Positions 39,439-49,729 of a stretch of DNA of 64,000 nt are shown here, piece by piece; the stretch's first letter is position 1; each line of letters opens with the position of its first letter. Position numbers and translations under genes: made by a program. Under the pieces are notes generated by a model, which did not search any database, was not told the DNA's origin, and worked only from the letters and a program-made list of their open reading frames with translations. The stretch is taken from the NCBI GenBank assembly GCA_965214605.1, contig OZ243961.1:3008001-3072000 (forward strand), written 5' to 3'. The stretch comes from an uncultured Candidatus Binatia bacterium. Its GTDB lineage: Bacteria; Desulfobacterota; Binatia; Bin18.

Positions 39439-39591
39439 GTAAAACGGCCACACAGCGATGACCTCATTGGCTCCACTGGATACCATGATCACATTTAATT
39501 TCTGACATGGTATTTCGAAGCGGTGTCATGAGTTAAGATCCCCCCTATTGGCTAATTGTAAATAAGATTGACAATTAGCTAAAATACGATC

Positions 39592-40808
39592 ATGTTCGCC
39601 GCAAGGTATATTGAGCTGGAGCTTCCCCGATGTATATCTCTCGAGACGCAGAATCCAGAATTCAGCACTTCGCCAGCGACTACCCGGTGGTCGTGCTCAC
39701 CGGGCCGCGTCAGTCGGGAAAATCCACACTGGTGCGACACGCGTTTCCTGAACACCGCTAAGTTTCACTTGAGGATCTTGATCAACGGGATTTCGCTGAA
39801 AGTGATCCCCGCGGTTTTCTGAGCCAGTTTCCCGAGGGTGCCATCTTGGACGAGGCACAACGGTGTCCTGCCCTGTTTTCCTATCTGCAGACACGCGTTG
39901 ATGAATTGATCCGTCCCGGAGAATTCATACTGACTGGCTCTCAACAGTTCGACCTGTTATCGGGCATCACACAGAGCCTCGCGGGCAGGGCCGCATTGCT
40001 TACCCTTCTTCCCATGACGTATGGCGAATTACGGTGCGCAGAAAAAATCGGAGAAAAACTCGACAAGGTACTTTTTGACGGGGCGTTTCCCCCGATTTTT
40101 GACCGCGGACTTGAACCGCATCCTTAGTATGGCAATTATGTACGTACCTACCTGGAACGCGATGTTCGGCATTTAATCAATGTGCAGGATCTGGGCGCAT
40201 TTCAACGCTTCCTGAAATTATGCGCGGGACGTACCGGGCAACTTCTCAATCTTTCCTCGCTGGCCAATGACTGTGGCATTACACACAACACGATCAAAGC
40301 CTGGATCTCCGTGCTGGAAGCTAGTTATATCGTGCATCTGTTGCCGCCCCATCATCAGAATTTCAACAAACGGCTGGTCAAGACACCCAAACTCTATTTT
40401 CTGGATACGGGGCTCGCGACCTGGTTGCTCGGCATTCAGGACATGGATCAACTGGCCACCCATGTTCAGCGTGGCGCATTATTCGAAAGCTGGGTCATCA
40501 GCGAATTGCTCAAGGCCCGTTATAACGCCGGTGAGGCCTCGAACCTGTACTTCTGGCGTGATCGCTCAGGACACGAGGTCGATCTGCTGATTGATCGTGG
40601 AACATGCCGGTCACCACTGGAAATAAAATCCGGCCAGACAATCAACCGGGATTATTTCAAGGGACTGGAATTCTGGCAAAAACTCGCAGGAAAATCCGCC
40701 GGGAAAGCATGGCTTGTATATGGCGGTGACATCCGACAGACCCGTTCCGATGCCACTGTCGTGCCGTGGCATGAAATCAATCCCGAGCAGATTGTAATGT
40801 CCGCCTGA
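39592..40808 (+). pseudogene. AAA_14/DUF4143 ATPase, disrupted
   Basis: LTGPRQSGKS, ILDEAQ, TGSQQF, SLAGR, TYLERDVR, KTPKLYF.DTG, EVD..EIK; frameshifts and TAG at 40125. Confidence 0.88.
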
Positions 40809-41188
40809 TCCGGAGGTTCGGGGGGAATATCGTGGTTGTCATGATTGACAATTATTACCTGCCAGTGCCAGCCATTCCTACCCGATGGTAAACGCGCCTT
40901 TTTTGCACTTCAACATCAGTGGCGTACTTGTTGCCGCAGGTGGTAATACCGTGGAAGATATCACGCTCAGAGTTTGTTGCTATTCCCCACTTGTGTGGCT
41001 GCAAGTGCTGCCGCGTTGCTATGTCGTGCGGCACCAACCTGCCGGTGCCATCGTCACCAGCAAGCATTCAATCCCCTCTTGCAGCAGACCCTTCGAAACG
41101 CGGGATGACGTTGGGCACGAGCCTGGTCGGTATCTGTAAAAATCTTTTGTCAAAACCGCCATCACATTCCTTGCTGTTCCCGGTACGC

Positions 41189-41464
41189 CTATACGGCCTT
41201 CATCTTGACGGTTTTTCCAACCCGGGCCGGCATATTGACCAGTCTGTCAATGGTGAACTTGTCGATCCTGCCGCGCATCAGAGCGCTGATTCTCGGCTGG
41301 TAAACACCAAACACCTCTGCAGCTTCTTTCTGACCAAGCCCTGCATCCTGGATATATTGACCCAGTGCAATCATCAATTCTGAACGAATTTTCAGGTTCT
41401 GCGCCATCGCCGGATTATCCTCCAGCGCCTCAAATACAGTGTGGTAACCTTTTGAAATCGTCAT
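41189..41464 (-). CDS. XRE/HigA-like HTH antitoxin
   Basis: NLKIRSELM..L.QKEAA..GV.QPRIS.LMRG.ID.F..D.L. Confidence 0.85.
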   Translation of the reverse strand: MTISKGYHTVFEALEDNPAMAQNLKIRSELMIALGQYIQDAGLGQKEAAEVFGVYQPRISALMRGRIDKFTIDRLVNMPARVGKTVKMKAV

Positions 41465-41612
41465 TCCTGTTTCCTCTGTTCTGCCAATGCCTTGTACCTG
41501 GCTTTAGCCAACTCGACATCCGCCCTGCGTGTTTCCCGTGTCTCCTTTTGAAAAGCATGCAACACGCACACGGCCTCTTCGAATCGGGCGACATGGATCA
41601 CCCGATACATAA
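41461..41612 (-). pseudogene. RelE/HigB-like toxin, C-terminal fragment
   Basis: YRVIHVARFEEAVCVLHAFQKET..T...D.ELAK.RY; ATGA overlap with the antitoxin; 5' part missing. Confidence 0.75.
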
Positions 41613-41619
41613 GCCGTGA

Positions 41620-42420
41620 TTGCCGCTGATTGCTGGCTGGGAACGGTCTGGCCGCGGTTTATCCCAGACTGTTCCGAACCTATGTCGAGCGGTTCAATTG
41701 GGCGTATCAGGATGGCTATCCGGAACTGCCGTTCATACAGGGCGCCTTCCTGTTCTCACGCTCTATCTGCTCGCGTGCCATGGCGATAGCTGGCGGCCGC
41801 AGGTGTTTTATGAAGATGCTTTTCTGCGCGCCTTCCCGGCGGGTGCTGGATGAAGTGCCACCAAGCCAGCTATTTTTCCCTGAGACGGTACGCCGCTGTT
41901 ACACCTGGCGCACGCTGGTGCATTTCGCAGACTTTCTGGGGTTGGCCACGGTGGAACCTGTCTCCGACGATATACTGTGTCACGATTACCGGGTGAAGGC
42001 TCGCCACTGCTGGGCGAAGCCGTGCGTTTTCAGCTTTCCGAGCAAAGTTTCATGGCGGGACAACGCAAACAGAATGCTCCGCTCGCCGCCTTGCTGGAAA
42101 TCGCATTGAAAGAAAAACTGGTTGATCCGCTCGTCCGCGTGGCAGCCACGCGCCCTGCTGTCCAGCGCGAATGCTTCGATTACCTGAACAACAAGCACTC
42201 TGCCCTGTCACCAGACCGGAAGAAGCAGTCCGAGGGTGGAAAACTGCCGGCGCTGTGGGCCGAACTCGCCCCGGATCCGGACGAACTGGACAAATACGGC
42301 GGCGGCGATTATGACACCAACGCGAATGTGTCAAGCCTGTTACAGGAGATCGAACAGGCGCTTTCCCGGAAAAAGATCGAGGCGAATTACCGCCACGAAC
42401 GTCCTGCCTTACATCGGCGA
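41620..42420 (+). pseudogene. Fragments of two conserved hypothetical proteins
   Basis: Protein-like segments FNWAYQDGYPELPFIQ...FADFLGL and RECFDYL..LWAEL.PD..ELD.YGG, broken by frameshifts. Confidence 0.45.
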
Positions 42421-42556
42421 CACTCAGCTGGCCCCTGGAAAGTACGGCCTCACCGACCGTCTCGAACGCTGCTCCGGCCGGGATGACCAGGTCTGCATTG
42501 AGCGGAGCGTCGAGCGAGAACCGTAGGCTGGTGGTTGCCGCCATTAGGGTGTCAAG

Positions 42557-42810
42557 CTAGCAGCCGCTCAGCCGGCAGAGTTGGATGACGTTCCGGTGCC
42601 GGGACGGTCGGTAAAAAGCCCTCGGCAATACAGGCGTTGAGGTAGTAGGCGAGCATGTCGCCGGCCCCGCAGAATAGCTCCAGCAGTGCGACGCCGAGGT
42701 CGGAGGCGTTGAAGTCCGTCCACGACGGTCGGTGAGCCTCGGCACCCCCGCCAAGCAGCTCGCCGTGCAGCGTGGCCCTTGCTGGCGTAGGTGACGCTCG
42801 CTCGGCCCAT
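42557..42810 (-). pseudogene. Phage/contractile-tail baseplate wedge protein, N-terminal relic
   Basis: MGRASV.Y..K, then WTDFNASDLGVALLELF..AGDMLAYYL....EGFLPT..R.NVIQLC.L.G. Confidence 0.7.
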
Positions 42811-42876
42811 CTCGGTGGCGTCCGCCAGTGTCGGAGTAGCCGGTGTCGGGTCGGGACCAACCGGAAGCGTCCCGGA
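42754..42876. repeat. ~123-bp imperfect direct repeat, copy 2
   Basis: Matches 38939..39061. Confidence 0.9.
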
Positions 42877-43053
42877 CCGGACGAGAAACCCGCTTGGCGA
42901 CTTCCCGACGATTTGTCGGGGCACGGCCCCATCGGGCAGCTCGTGAGAGGTGATGCAGGGCAATGCAAACAAGAAACGACCGATACATAATTAGTTTGAC
43001 AAAGAATCGATTGATTCCTTAAAAGATGGATAGGAAAGGAATGTTTCCCAGCC

Positions 43054-44211
43054 ATGACCCGCGAGACCGGCCATTACCGCATCACGCGCACCCTTGGGGA
43101 GGAATTCCATGCCTTCGTGCCGCGTCCGCTGCCGCCTGCCAATCCGCCGCTAGCGATGGACGGCCAGACGGTGGAGCTCCATGCTGAGGCCATGACCGCG
43201 TTGGCCCGCCTCGCTGTTGCGGGCTCAATGGTGCCGAGCACGGACTGGTTCCTCTACGGGTTTGTCCGCAAGGAAGCGGTTGTCTCCTCGCAGATCGAAG
43301 GAACGCAGGCTACGCTGCGCGACGTCGCCACCTTTGAGGCCACCGAGCGGAGCGACCGTCCGGACGACGTGCGCGAGGTCTGCAACTACGTGGACGCCTT
43401 GGCGCACGCCCGGGACCGGCTTGCGGACCCCAGGGGACTGCCGCTCTGCATCCGGTTGCTGTGCGAGGTGCACCGCATCCTGATGTCGGGCGCGCGCGGC
43501 AAGAACAAACTGCCTGGGGAAGTCCGCCGGTCACAGAATTGGATTGGCGGCAGCCGGCCCGGCAATGCCCACTTCGTGCCGCCCCCACCCGAAGAGGTTC
43601 CGGACGTGCTCGCTGCGCTGGAGCGTTGGCTGCACGAGGACAACGCCCTCCCGCCCCTGATCCGAGCTGGCCTCGCCCACGTGCAGTTCGAGACAATCCA
43701 TCCGTTCCTGGACGGCAACGGCCGCATCGGGCGACTCCTGATTGCGCTTCTAGTGGAGCACTGGGATCTGCTTGATCAACCCCTGCTCTACCTCAGCCTG
43801 GCTTTCAGACGGAAGCAGTCGGAGTATTACGCGCGTCTCGCAGCAGTACGCTGCCACGGAGATTGGGAAGGCTGGAACCGGTTCTTCCTATCTTGCGTGC
43901 GCGAGGCTGCCGCCGACGGCGTTCGCGTCGCCCAAGCGCTCCATGTCCTGGTCTCGTACGACCGTGATCGCATCCTCGCCCATGGCCGATCGACCGTCGC
44001 TGCCGTCCGGCTCTTCGAGTGTCTCCCGTCCCATCCGGTCGTCACCGTTCCCAGGGCTTCGGAGCTACTCAATCTGACGGCGCCTCCGGCACGCAAAGCA
44101 GTAGCGTTGCTGGAGAGCCTCGGGGTGCTGTGCGAGATCTCGGGCAGGCGGCGCGACCGCGTCTACGCCTATCACGACTACCTGCGGATCCTAACCGACG
44201 AGGAGACGTGA
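43054..44211 (+). CDS. Fic-family protein
   Basis: EAVVSSQIEGT and the canonical HPFLDGNGRIGR motif; intact. Confidence 0.95.
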   Translation: MTRETGHYRITRTLGEEFHAFVPRPLPPANPPLAMDGQTVELHAEAMTALARLAVAGSMVPSTDWFLYGFVRKEAVVSSQIEGTQATLRDVATFEATERSDRPDDVREVCNYVDALAHARDRLADPRGLPLCIRLLCEVHRILMSGARGKNKLPGEVRRSQNWIGGSRPGNAHFVPPPPEEVPDVLAALERWLHEDNALPPLIRAGLAHVQFETIHPFLDGNGRIGRLLIALLVEHWDLLDQPLLYLSLAFRRKQSEYYARLAAVRCHGDWEGWNRFFLSCVREAAADGVRVAQALHVLVSYDRDRILAHGRSTVAAVRLFECLPSHPVVTVPRASELLNLTAPPARKAVALLESLGVLCEISGRRRDRVYAYHDYLRILTDEET

Positions 44212-44914
44212 GGCGCAGTCGCCCTCACGTTGACAGCCGGATAAGACCGTCGTTTGCGTCATGTGACATGGGTGTCGACATTCCCGACGTCCCGAGCGGA
44301 GTGACGAGGCTCGTAGGTTTCCCAGGACTCTAGGTTGGGAGCAGCGTAGAGCAGGCGGGTTCCCGCCAGCTTGATTTCGTGCCGGGGACGTCATCCTCCC
44401 TGATGGGTACAGCGACATTGTCCCCGACCGTCTGCTTCTTGAGTAGCTTCAGAAGGCTCACATCCGGGTCTCCCGTCAGCGGGTTCGGGAAATACCTACC
44501 GGAGCGAGCGGCATCATGCCGGATGGTGAGAGGTTCCGCTGCCATCCTGGAACCTCTCACCACCCCCTGTCACCGGGGTAAAAGGGTTGATTTCATTGAT
44601 AATTGGTTAGGTTCCGGTTAGAGGGTGAAAGAGAGAGGAAAAAATATGTCCACATATGAGGGCCGTGTTTTTTGGGCCTGTAGGACGACCACGATACCCT
44701 ACGTTCTTCTTTATCGCTAAGGGGGGAGATTCTCCGAAAACCTTTCACCCGCACGTCGTAACACGTTGATATTGCTCAGCTTGGTTAAAGGGGATATCAG
44801 TGAAGGTCCTGGTGAAGGGGCTGGCAGGCCCGTCGGCAGGCTGCGTGCTGGATACACCACAACTGTGGAGAGTCATGGACGTTAAAGTAGGAATACGAAA
44901 ACGGGGGGATCGCG

Positions 44915-45655
44915 ATGAGATCGTATCGGCTCATGCTTCTATTGCTGGCTGTTGCCTTCCTGGTCGCTATAGGCGTTGAATTCGTGCATGCGCACGGCGG
45001 CGGCCTTGACAACCTCGGCTGCCACAACGACAGGGAACGAAACGAGTATCATTGCCACCGGGACGAACTCGCTGGTCAAACCTTTGCTTCGAAGTCGGAG
45101 GCCGAAAAGGCGTTGGCGGGCGAGGCCCCTAGCGAGTCCAGGTCCCAGAAATCCCCGTCTGCGGGTGCGTCTGATCGGGACCTCTACGGCGACTAGATCG
45201 ACGCGGACGGCGACTGCCAGAACACCCGAAACGAGGTCCTGATTGCCGAGAGTACCGTCCCGGTGAGGTTTGATGCGAGAAGCTGCAGGGTCGTCTCCGG
45301 CCGGTGGGAAGACCCCTATACGGGGCGCGTGTTCACCGATCCCCGACGTCTGGACATCGACCACTTCATCCCGTTAGCCGAGGTGCACCGCAGCGGGGGA
45401 CACGCCTGGACGCCTGCGCAGCGGGAGATACGCCAATGACCTCTCGAATCCTCAGACCCTCATCGCTGTGTGGGGATCGGCTAATCGGTCAAAGGGCGGG
45501 CGCAAAGGACCCGGTGTATTGGCTACCGCCGAACCAGGCCTAGCGATGTGAGTACCTCAAGACCGGGGTTGCTCTTGAAGCGTCATTGGGAGCTTTCATC
45601 GGGCCCGGTGGAGGAGAAGTTCTCGGCCGAAAGTGAGTGCTTCAGTGCGAAATAA
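44915..45655 (+). pseudogene. Secreted YHYH-domain + HNH (DUF1524-like) nuclease, disrupted
   Basis: Signal peptide, HGGGLD..GCHN....YHCH; TAG at 45194; then DADGDCQNTRNEVL, WEDPYTG, LDIDHFIPLAE, ANRSKG, WLPPN. Confidence 0.8.
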
Positions 45656-46588
45656 GGACTGTGAGGAGAGGACGGTTCGTCTCCTGAGCGGTAGCCTCGT
45701 AGAATTAGGAGTCCGTGCGAACATCATGACCTGGGCGACCACTCCGAAGTTTCTCTAGAAGTATCGGCCGTCACTCGAGTCGAATATTGATTCGTTGCCT
45801 ACAGTCCGTGCACCGGTCCAGCTCGTTGACCACTCGCGCTGTGACGGCTGCCAAGGTGAAGATGTCGGCCTTGATGTCGCTCTCGAACTTCTCCTCGTTG
45901 TCCTCAAAGACGAACAAGGTGATGTCCGCTGAAAACGCCTGCCTCTTGATCTGGATTGAGGAACGCTGGCTGAAATGTGTTCAGGTCCATGCGCCGGTCC
46001 CCGCTCGGACTGCCCCTCGTGGCGGTCTCAGCGGTGACTGACCAGCGCGCCCGAAAAGGTGTCGGGTAGGATGGGAGGAGAGAAGGCCGTGCCGGGTTCA
46101 AGGATCAAAGCCGGGCACGGTAATCGGCTCCGGTGGCTGCTCCTCAAGGTATTCCGCCAAGCCGTGAGCGATCAAGGCGGCGAGGAGGGCGCTTGCCTGC
46201 TCCTTGGACCCATCGCCTTTGACGGCCAATTCGATCCCGGCCAACCTTATTGGCGTTGTGCAGGACCATGTCGATGTAATCCTCGGGTGTCGCCTGATCG
46301 GAGAAGAGCGTCGCTTCCCGCGTGGCCTAGACGACCTCGAGGGTCGTCTTGCCGGTGAAGATTTTCCCCTTCGCCCTGGAGCGGCTTGCCCCCTAGGGCG
46401 GTGTTCTTGAGATGCGCTCTCGTGGAATCGTTTCTCTTAATGAAGAATCGGGGAATCCGGAAACGAAACGACGGGGGCGCGTGCAGCCCCCATGCTTGCA
46501 CGCGCCCACCCCGCGTGGATTTTCCTAACGGGAGAATCGAAGAGCATGGAGGAAGGGGCGTAACCCCTTGGAAACACGCCAGATACGA

Positions 46589-46609
46589 CAAAGCCCCTTC
46601 GGGGCTTTG
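46589..46609 (-). terminator. Perfect hairpin downstream of tRNA-Asn
   Basis: CAAAGCCCC-TTC-GGGGCTTTG. Confidence 0.55.
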
Positions 46610-46648
46610 CGTGAACTATCGAGTCGCTGGAGTTCGCGCCCGAAAAAA

Positions 46649-46724
46649 TGGCTCCTCGGGTAGGATTCGAACCTACAACCCATCGGTTAACAGCCGATTG
46701 CTCTGCCGGTTGAGCTACCGAGGA
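46649..46724 (-). tRNA. tRNA-Asn(GTT)
   Basis: TCCTCGG acceptor stem, TAGCTCA D-arm, CTGTTAA anticodon loop, GGTTCGAATCC T-arm, encoded CCA. Confidence 0.98.
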
Positions 46725-46839
46725 TCGTTGAGCGCTGGCGCAGATGCCGCACCGTGGACGAGATTTTGTAGCAAAGGCCAGGGCAAGTGTAAAGATGGGA
46801 AGAAGATCATGGTCGGTTCCTCTGCCTACTTGTCCACGA

Positions 46840-47436
46840 CTACATCTCCCGCCGGCCTTCGAGAGCGCGGCCTAGGGTGACGACGTCGGTATACTCCACA
46901 TCGCCGCCCATGGGAATGCCGCGGGCGATGCGGCTAACCCGCAGGCCGAGCGGTTTGATGACTTTTGCCAGGTACAATGCAGTGGCTTCGCCCTCGGTGG
47001 TGGGGTTGGTCGCGATAATCACCTCTTGGGTCGAGCCACGGCGTAGCCGTTCAAGCAGGGGGGCGATCTTGAGATCGTCCGGGCCAATGCCGTCTAGGGG
47101 CGACAGGACGCCGTGCAGGACGTGGTATCGGCCCCGGTATTCATGGACGTTCTCAAGCGCCATCAGGTCGGCCGGTTCCTCAACGACGCACAGCGCCTCG
47201 TCGTTGCGTTTGGCGTCAAGACAGATGGCACAGCGCTCGCCTTCGGCCAGACCAAAGCATTCTTGGCACAGGGTCGTTTCGGCCTTGACTGCCCAGACCG
47301 CTTCGGCTAGCGCTTCGGCATAATCACGGTCGGCATTCAAAATAAACATGGCCAGGCGGGTGGCCGTTTTTTCGCCAATGCCGGGCAGCCTGCCGAGTTG
47401 TTCGACCAAACGTGCCAATGACGGGGTGAGATTCAT
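46840..47436 (-). CDS. recR: Recombination mediator RecR
   Basis: LPGIG.K.A.RL, C4 Zn finger, YHVLHG.LSP, ATNPT.EGEATA. Confidence 0.97.
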   Translation of the reverse strand: MNLTPSLARLVEQLGRLPGIGEKTATRLAMFILNADRDYAEALAEAVWAVKAETTLCQECFGLAEGERCAICLDAKRNDEALCVVEEPADLMALENVHEYRGRYHVLHGVLSPLDGIGPDDLKIAPLLERLRRGSTQEVIIATNPTTEGEATALYLAKVIKPLGLRVSRIARGIPMGGDVEYTDVVTLGRALEGRREM

Positions 47437-47759
47437 GGCGTCAGGCCGGGGATTTTGAGCCCGCCGGTCAGCTTGCCTACCTCCTCGGCCATCATCTTTT
47501 TGGCCTGATTGATGCCCTGATTTACGGCCGCAATGACGAGGTCTTGGAGCATCTCCACGTCCGGCTCTTCGCCGTCCAACAGAATCGGATCAATCGTGAG
47601 CGATACCAGCTCTAGCCCTCCGTTGACCTCGGCTCTGACCATACTGCCGCCGGCCGTGGCGGTGACAGTCTTGCGGGCGGCCTTTTCTTGGACCTGGCTG
47701 AGCTGACTCTGTATCTGCTGGGCCTGTTTCATGATGTCGCCAATGTCAAAATCTGCCAT
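47433..47759 (-). CDS. ybaB: YbaB/EbfC nucleoid-associated protein
   Basis: MKQAQ..Q, AGG.MV, D.EMLQDL..AAVN; located between dnaX and recR. Confidence 0.95.
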   Translation of the reverse strand: MADFDIGDIMKQAQQIQSQLSQVQEKAARKTVTATAGGSMVRAEVNGGLELVSLTIDPILLDGEEPDVEMLQDLVIAAVNQGINQAKKMMAEEVGKLTGGLKIPGLTP

Positions 47760-47786
47760 ACGGACTCCTGTCTATGCCTTGCGTTC

Positions 47787-49574
47787 CTACGGCCGCCTAG
47801 TGCCGCCCCGGATACGGGTGCTCTGGACTTCTCCGCCAAGCACGTCGAGAACGGTTCGTACTAGCGAGTCTTCGTTTGTGTCGGCAGGACTCTTGCGATG
47901 CGCATCGTCCGGTCCGCCTGCCGGACTGGTCGAAACCGAGGGCGGGACATTTGGTGGAGCTGGGCCGGTCGCGCGTGATGGAGCGGTAGACTGCGACAGA
48001 CCGTCCTTGGTTATCTCAACCCTCAGCAGTCGGCCAAAGACCCGACCTGCGGCTTCTTCTAAAATTGTGCGGTTCTCTTTGCGTGCCAGCTCCTTGAAAT
48101 AGGGCTCTTTGTTCACCCCAATGGTCAGCACGGTCTGGTCGAGGTTGTGGAGGCGGCCCGCCTTAAGGGCAAAAAATAGCGATAGCTTGTCCTTTTGAAC
48201 GGCGGACAACAGGCGTTCCCAGTCATCCTGTCCGGTCTCGTTCGGGGGGGGGGCTGGAACCGGCTGTAGGGGGGGGGTAACCTTGGCCGGGCCGGGGCGC
48301 CGCGGACTGTCGGGCGCTGCGGTGGGGGCAGGGGACTCCGACGGCGAAGGTAGCGGCTGGGGCGAGCGGCCCGGCTGGGGCATCGAAGTTTGAGTTGGAG
48401 CTTGAGCCGGGGCCGGGCTGGTGGAGGTGCCAAGCTGCTTGTGCAGCGCCTTGAGCTGAGCCAGAGCCTCGTCAATCGGGACGATCGGTGGCTGGCTGGC
48501 CAGCTTGACCAGACTCATTTCAACCGCCAGTTGGGTATAGGCGGTCCGGTTGATGTCGTCCTCGGCCCCTAACAGCAGGCTGAAAAAACGCTGGAGGTCT
48601 TCGAGCGAGCGTTTGGCAGCCTGGTCTTTGACCGCTTTGACCTCATGGTCGGGTAAATCGCTCAGCACGGCCGGGTCGTCGCACACCTTGGCAATGACCA
48701 GATGATGAAAGTGCTCCAGCAGATCGTGGCACAGCCGCTGCGGATCATAGCCGTACTCATACAGATCTCCGGCAATGCGCAGTACCTGGGCCGGGTCATG
48801 GGCCAGGATCGCATCGATGATCCCAAACAGCACCTGACGGTCGGCGACCCCAAGCGCCTGGCGGACGGTTTGGGCGTTGATCTGGCCGCTGCTCCAGGTC
48901 ACAACCTGCTCAAGCAGAGACTCGGCATCGCGCAGACTGCCGTCCGCCTCTCGCGCGATTAAGGACAGGCCGACCTCATCACACGTAAAGTCTTCGTGCT
49001 CGGCCAGGGCGGTCAGCTGCTTGATCAGGTTACGCAGCGGAATCCGTTTAAAATCGTAGCGCTGGCAGCGCGACACAATCGTGGCCAGAATTTTTTGGAT
49101 CTCGGTGGTGGCAAAGATGAATTTGACGTGGGCCGGCGGCTCTTCGAGGGTTTTTAGCAGGGCGTTAAAGGCCGCGTTCGACAGCATGTGGACTTCGTCG
49201 ATAATGACGATCCGAAAGCGGCTCTTGGCCGGACGGTATTGCACGCCTTCGGCAATGTCGCGGGCGTGATCGACTCCGGTATGCGAGGCCCCGTCAATTT
49301 CCAGGACGTCGATTGAGCTGCCGGCAGTAATCTCGGTGCAGTTGCTACAGCTGTTACACGGGTGGGGTGTCGGCCCGTTCTCACAGTTCAGCGCCTTGGC
49401 CAGCAGCCGGGCAATGGTGGTTTTGCCAACGCCGCGTGGACCGGTGAACAAAAACGCGTGAGCGATCCGGCCGCTCTGAATCGCGTTCTGGAGGGTCCGG
49501 GTCACGTGCTCCTGGCCGACCACCTGGTCAAAAGTTTGAGGTCGCCACTTACGAGCGAGGACGAGATAACTCAT
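47787..49574 (-). CDS. dnaX: DNA polymerase III gamma/tau
   Basis: LARKWRPQ.F, GPRGVGKT, IDEVHMLS..AFNALLKTLEEPP, SRC. Confidence 0.98.
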   Translation of the reverse strand: MSYLVLARKWRPQTFDQVVGQEHVTRTLQNAIQSGRIAHAFLFTGPRGVGKTTIARLLAKALNCENGPTPHPCNSCSNCTEITAGSSIDVLEIDGASHTGVDHARDIAEGVQYRPAKSRFRIVIIDEVHMLSNAAFNALLKTLEEPPAHVKFIFATTEIQKILATIVSRCQRYDFKRIPLRNLIKQLTALAEHEDFTCDEVGLSLIAREADGSLRDAESLLEQVVTWSSGQINAQTVRQALGVADRQVLFGIIDAILAHDPAQVLRIAGDLYEYGYDPQRLCHDLLEHFHHLVIAKVCDDPAVLSDLPDHEVKAVKDQAAKRSLEDLQRFFSLLLGAEDDINRTAYTQLAVEMSLVKLASQPPIVPIDEALAQLKALHKQLGTSTSPAPAQAPTQTSMPQPGRSPQPLPSPSESPAPTAAPDSPRRPGPAKVTPPLQPVPAPPPNETGQDDWERLLSAVQKDKLSLFFALKAGRLHNLDQTVLTIGVNKEPYFKELARKENRTILEEAAGRVFGRLLRVEITKDGLSQSTAPSRATGPAPPNVPPSVSTSPAGGPDDAHRKSPADTNEDSLVRTVLDVLGGEVQSTRIRGGTRRP

Positions 49575-49606
49575 GGCTAGAAACGCTACGGGGTGCCACC
49601 CTTCTG

Positions 49607-49729
49607 CCGTCAGGGGTGATAGCTAGGCTGCCCTACGGCACAGGGTCGAAATCGGTACCGCTGCTTCCTTCCGGACCTGACGGGGTTCCCGACCTCCCTT
49701 GCGCAGGACCTAGCTATCACCTCTGACGG
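49607..49729 (-). ncRNA. ffs: SRP RNA (4.5S)
   Basis: GTCAGGTCCGGAAGGAAGCAGCGGT core with a long closing stem GGTGATAGCTAGG/CCTAGCTATCACC; upstream of dnaX. Confidence 0.95.

Noticed and set aside
2307-45543. Recurrent in-frame TAG at Trp/Gln positions (2307, 3308, 4708, 5450, 40125, 45194) suggesting amber recoding
   Set aside because: The same genes also have frameshifts and truncations, the implied residues differ between sites, and core genes use TAG as a normal stop. Simple transitions explain it.
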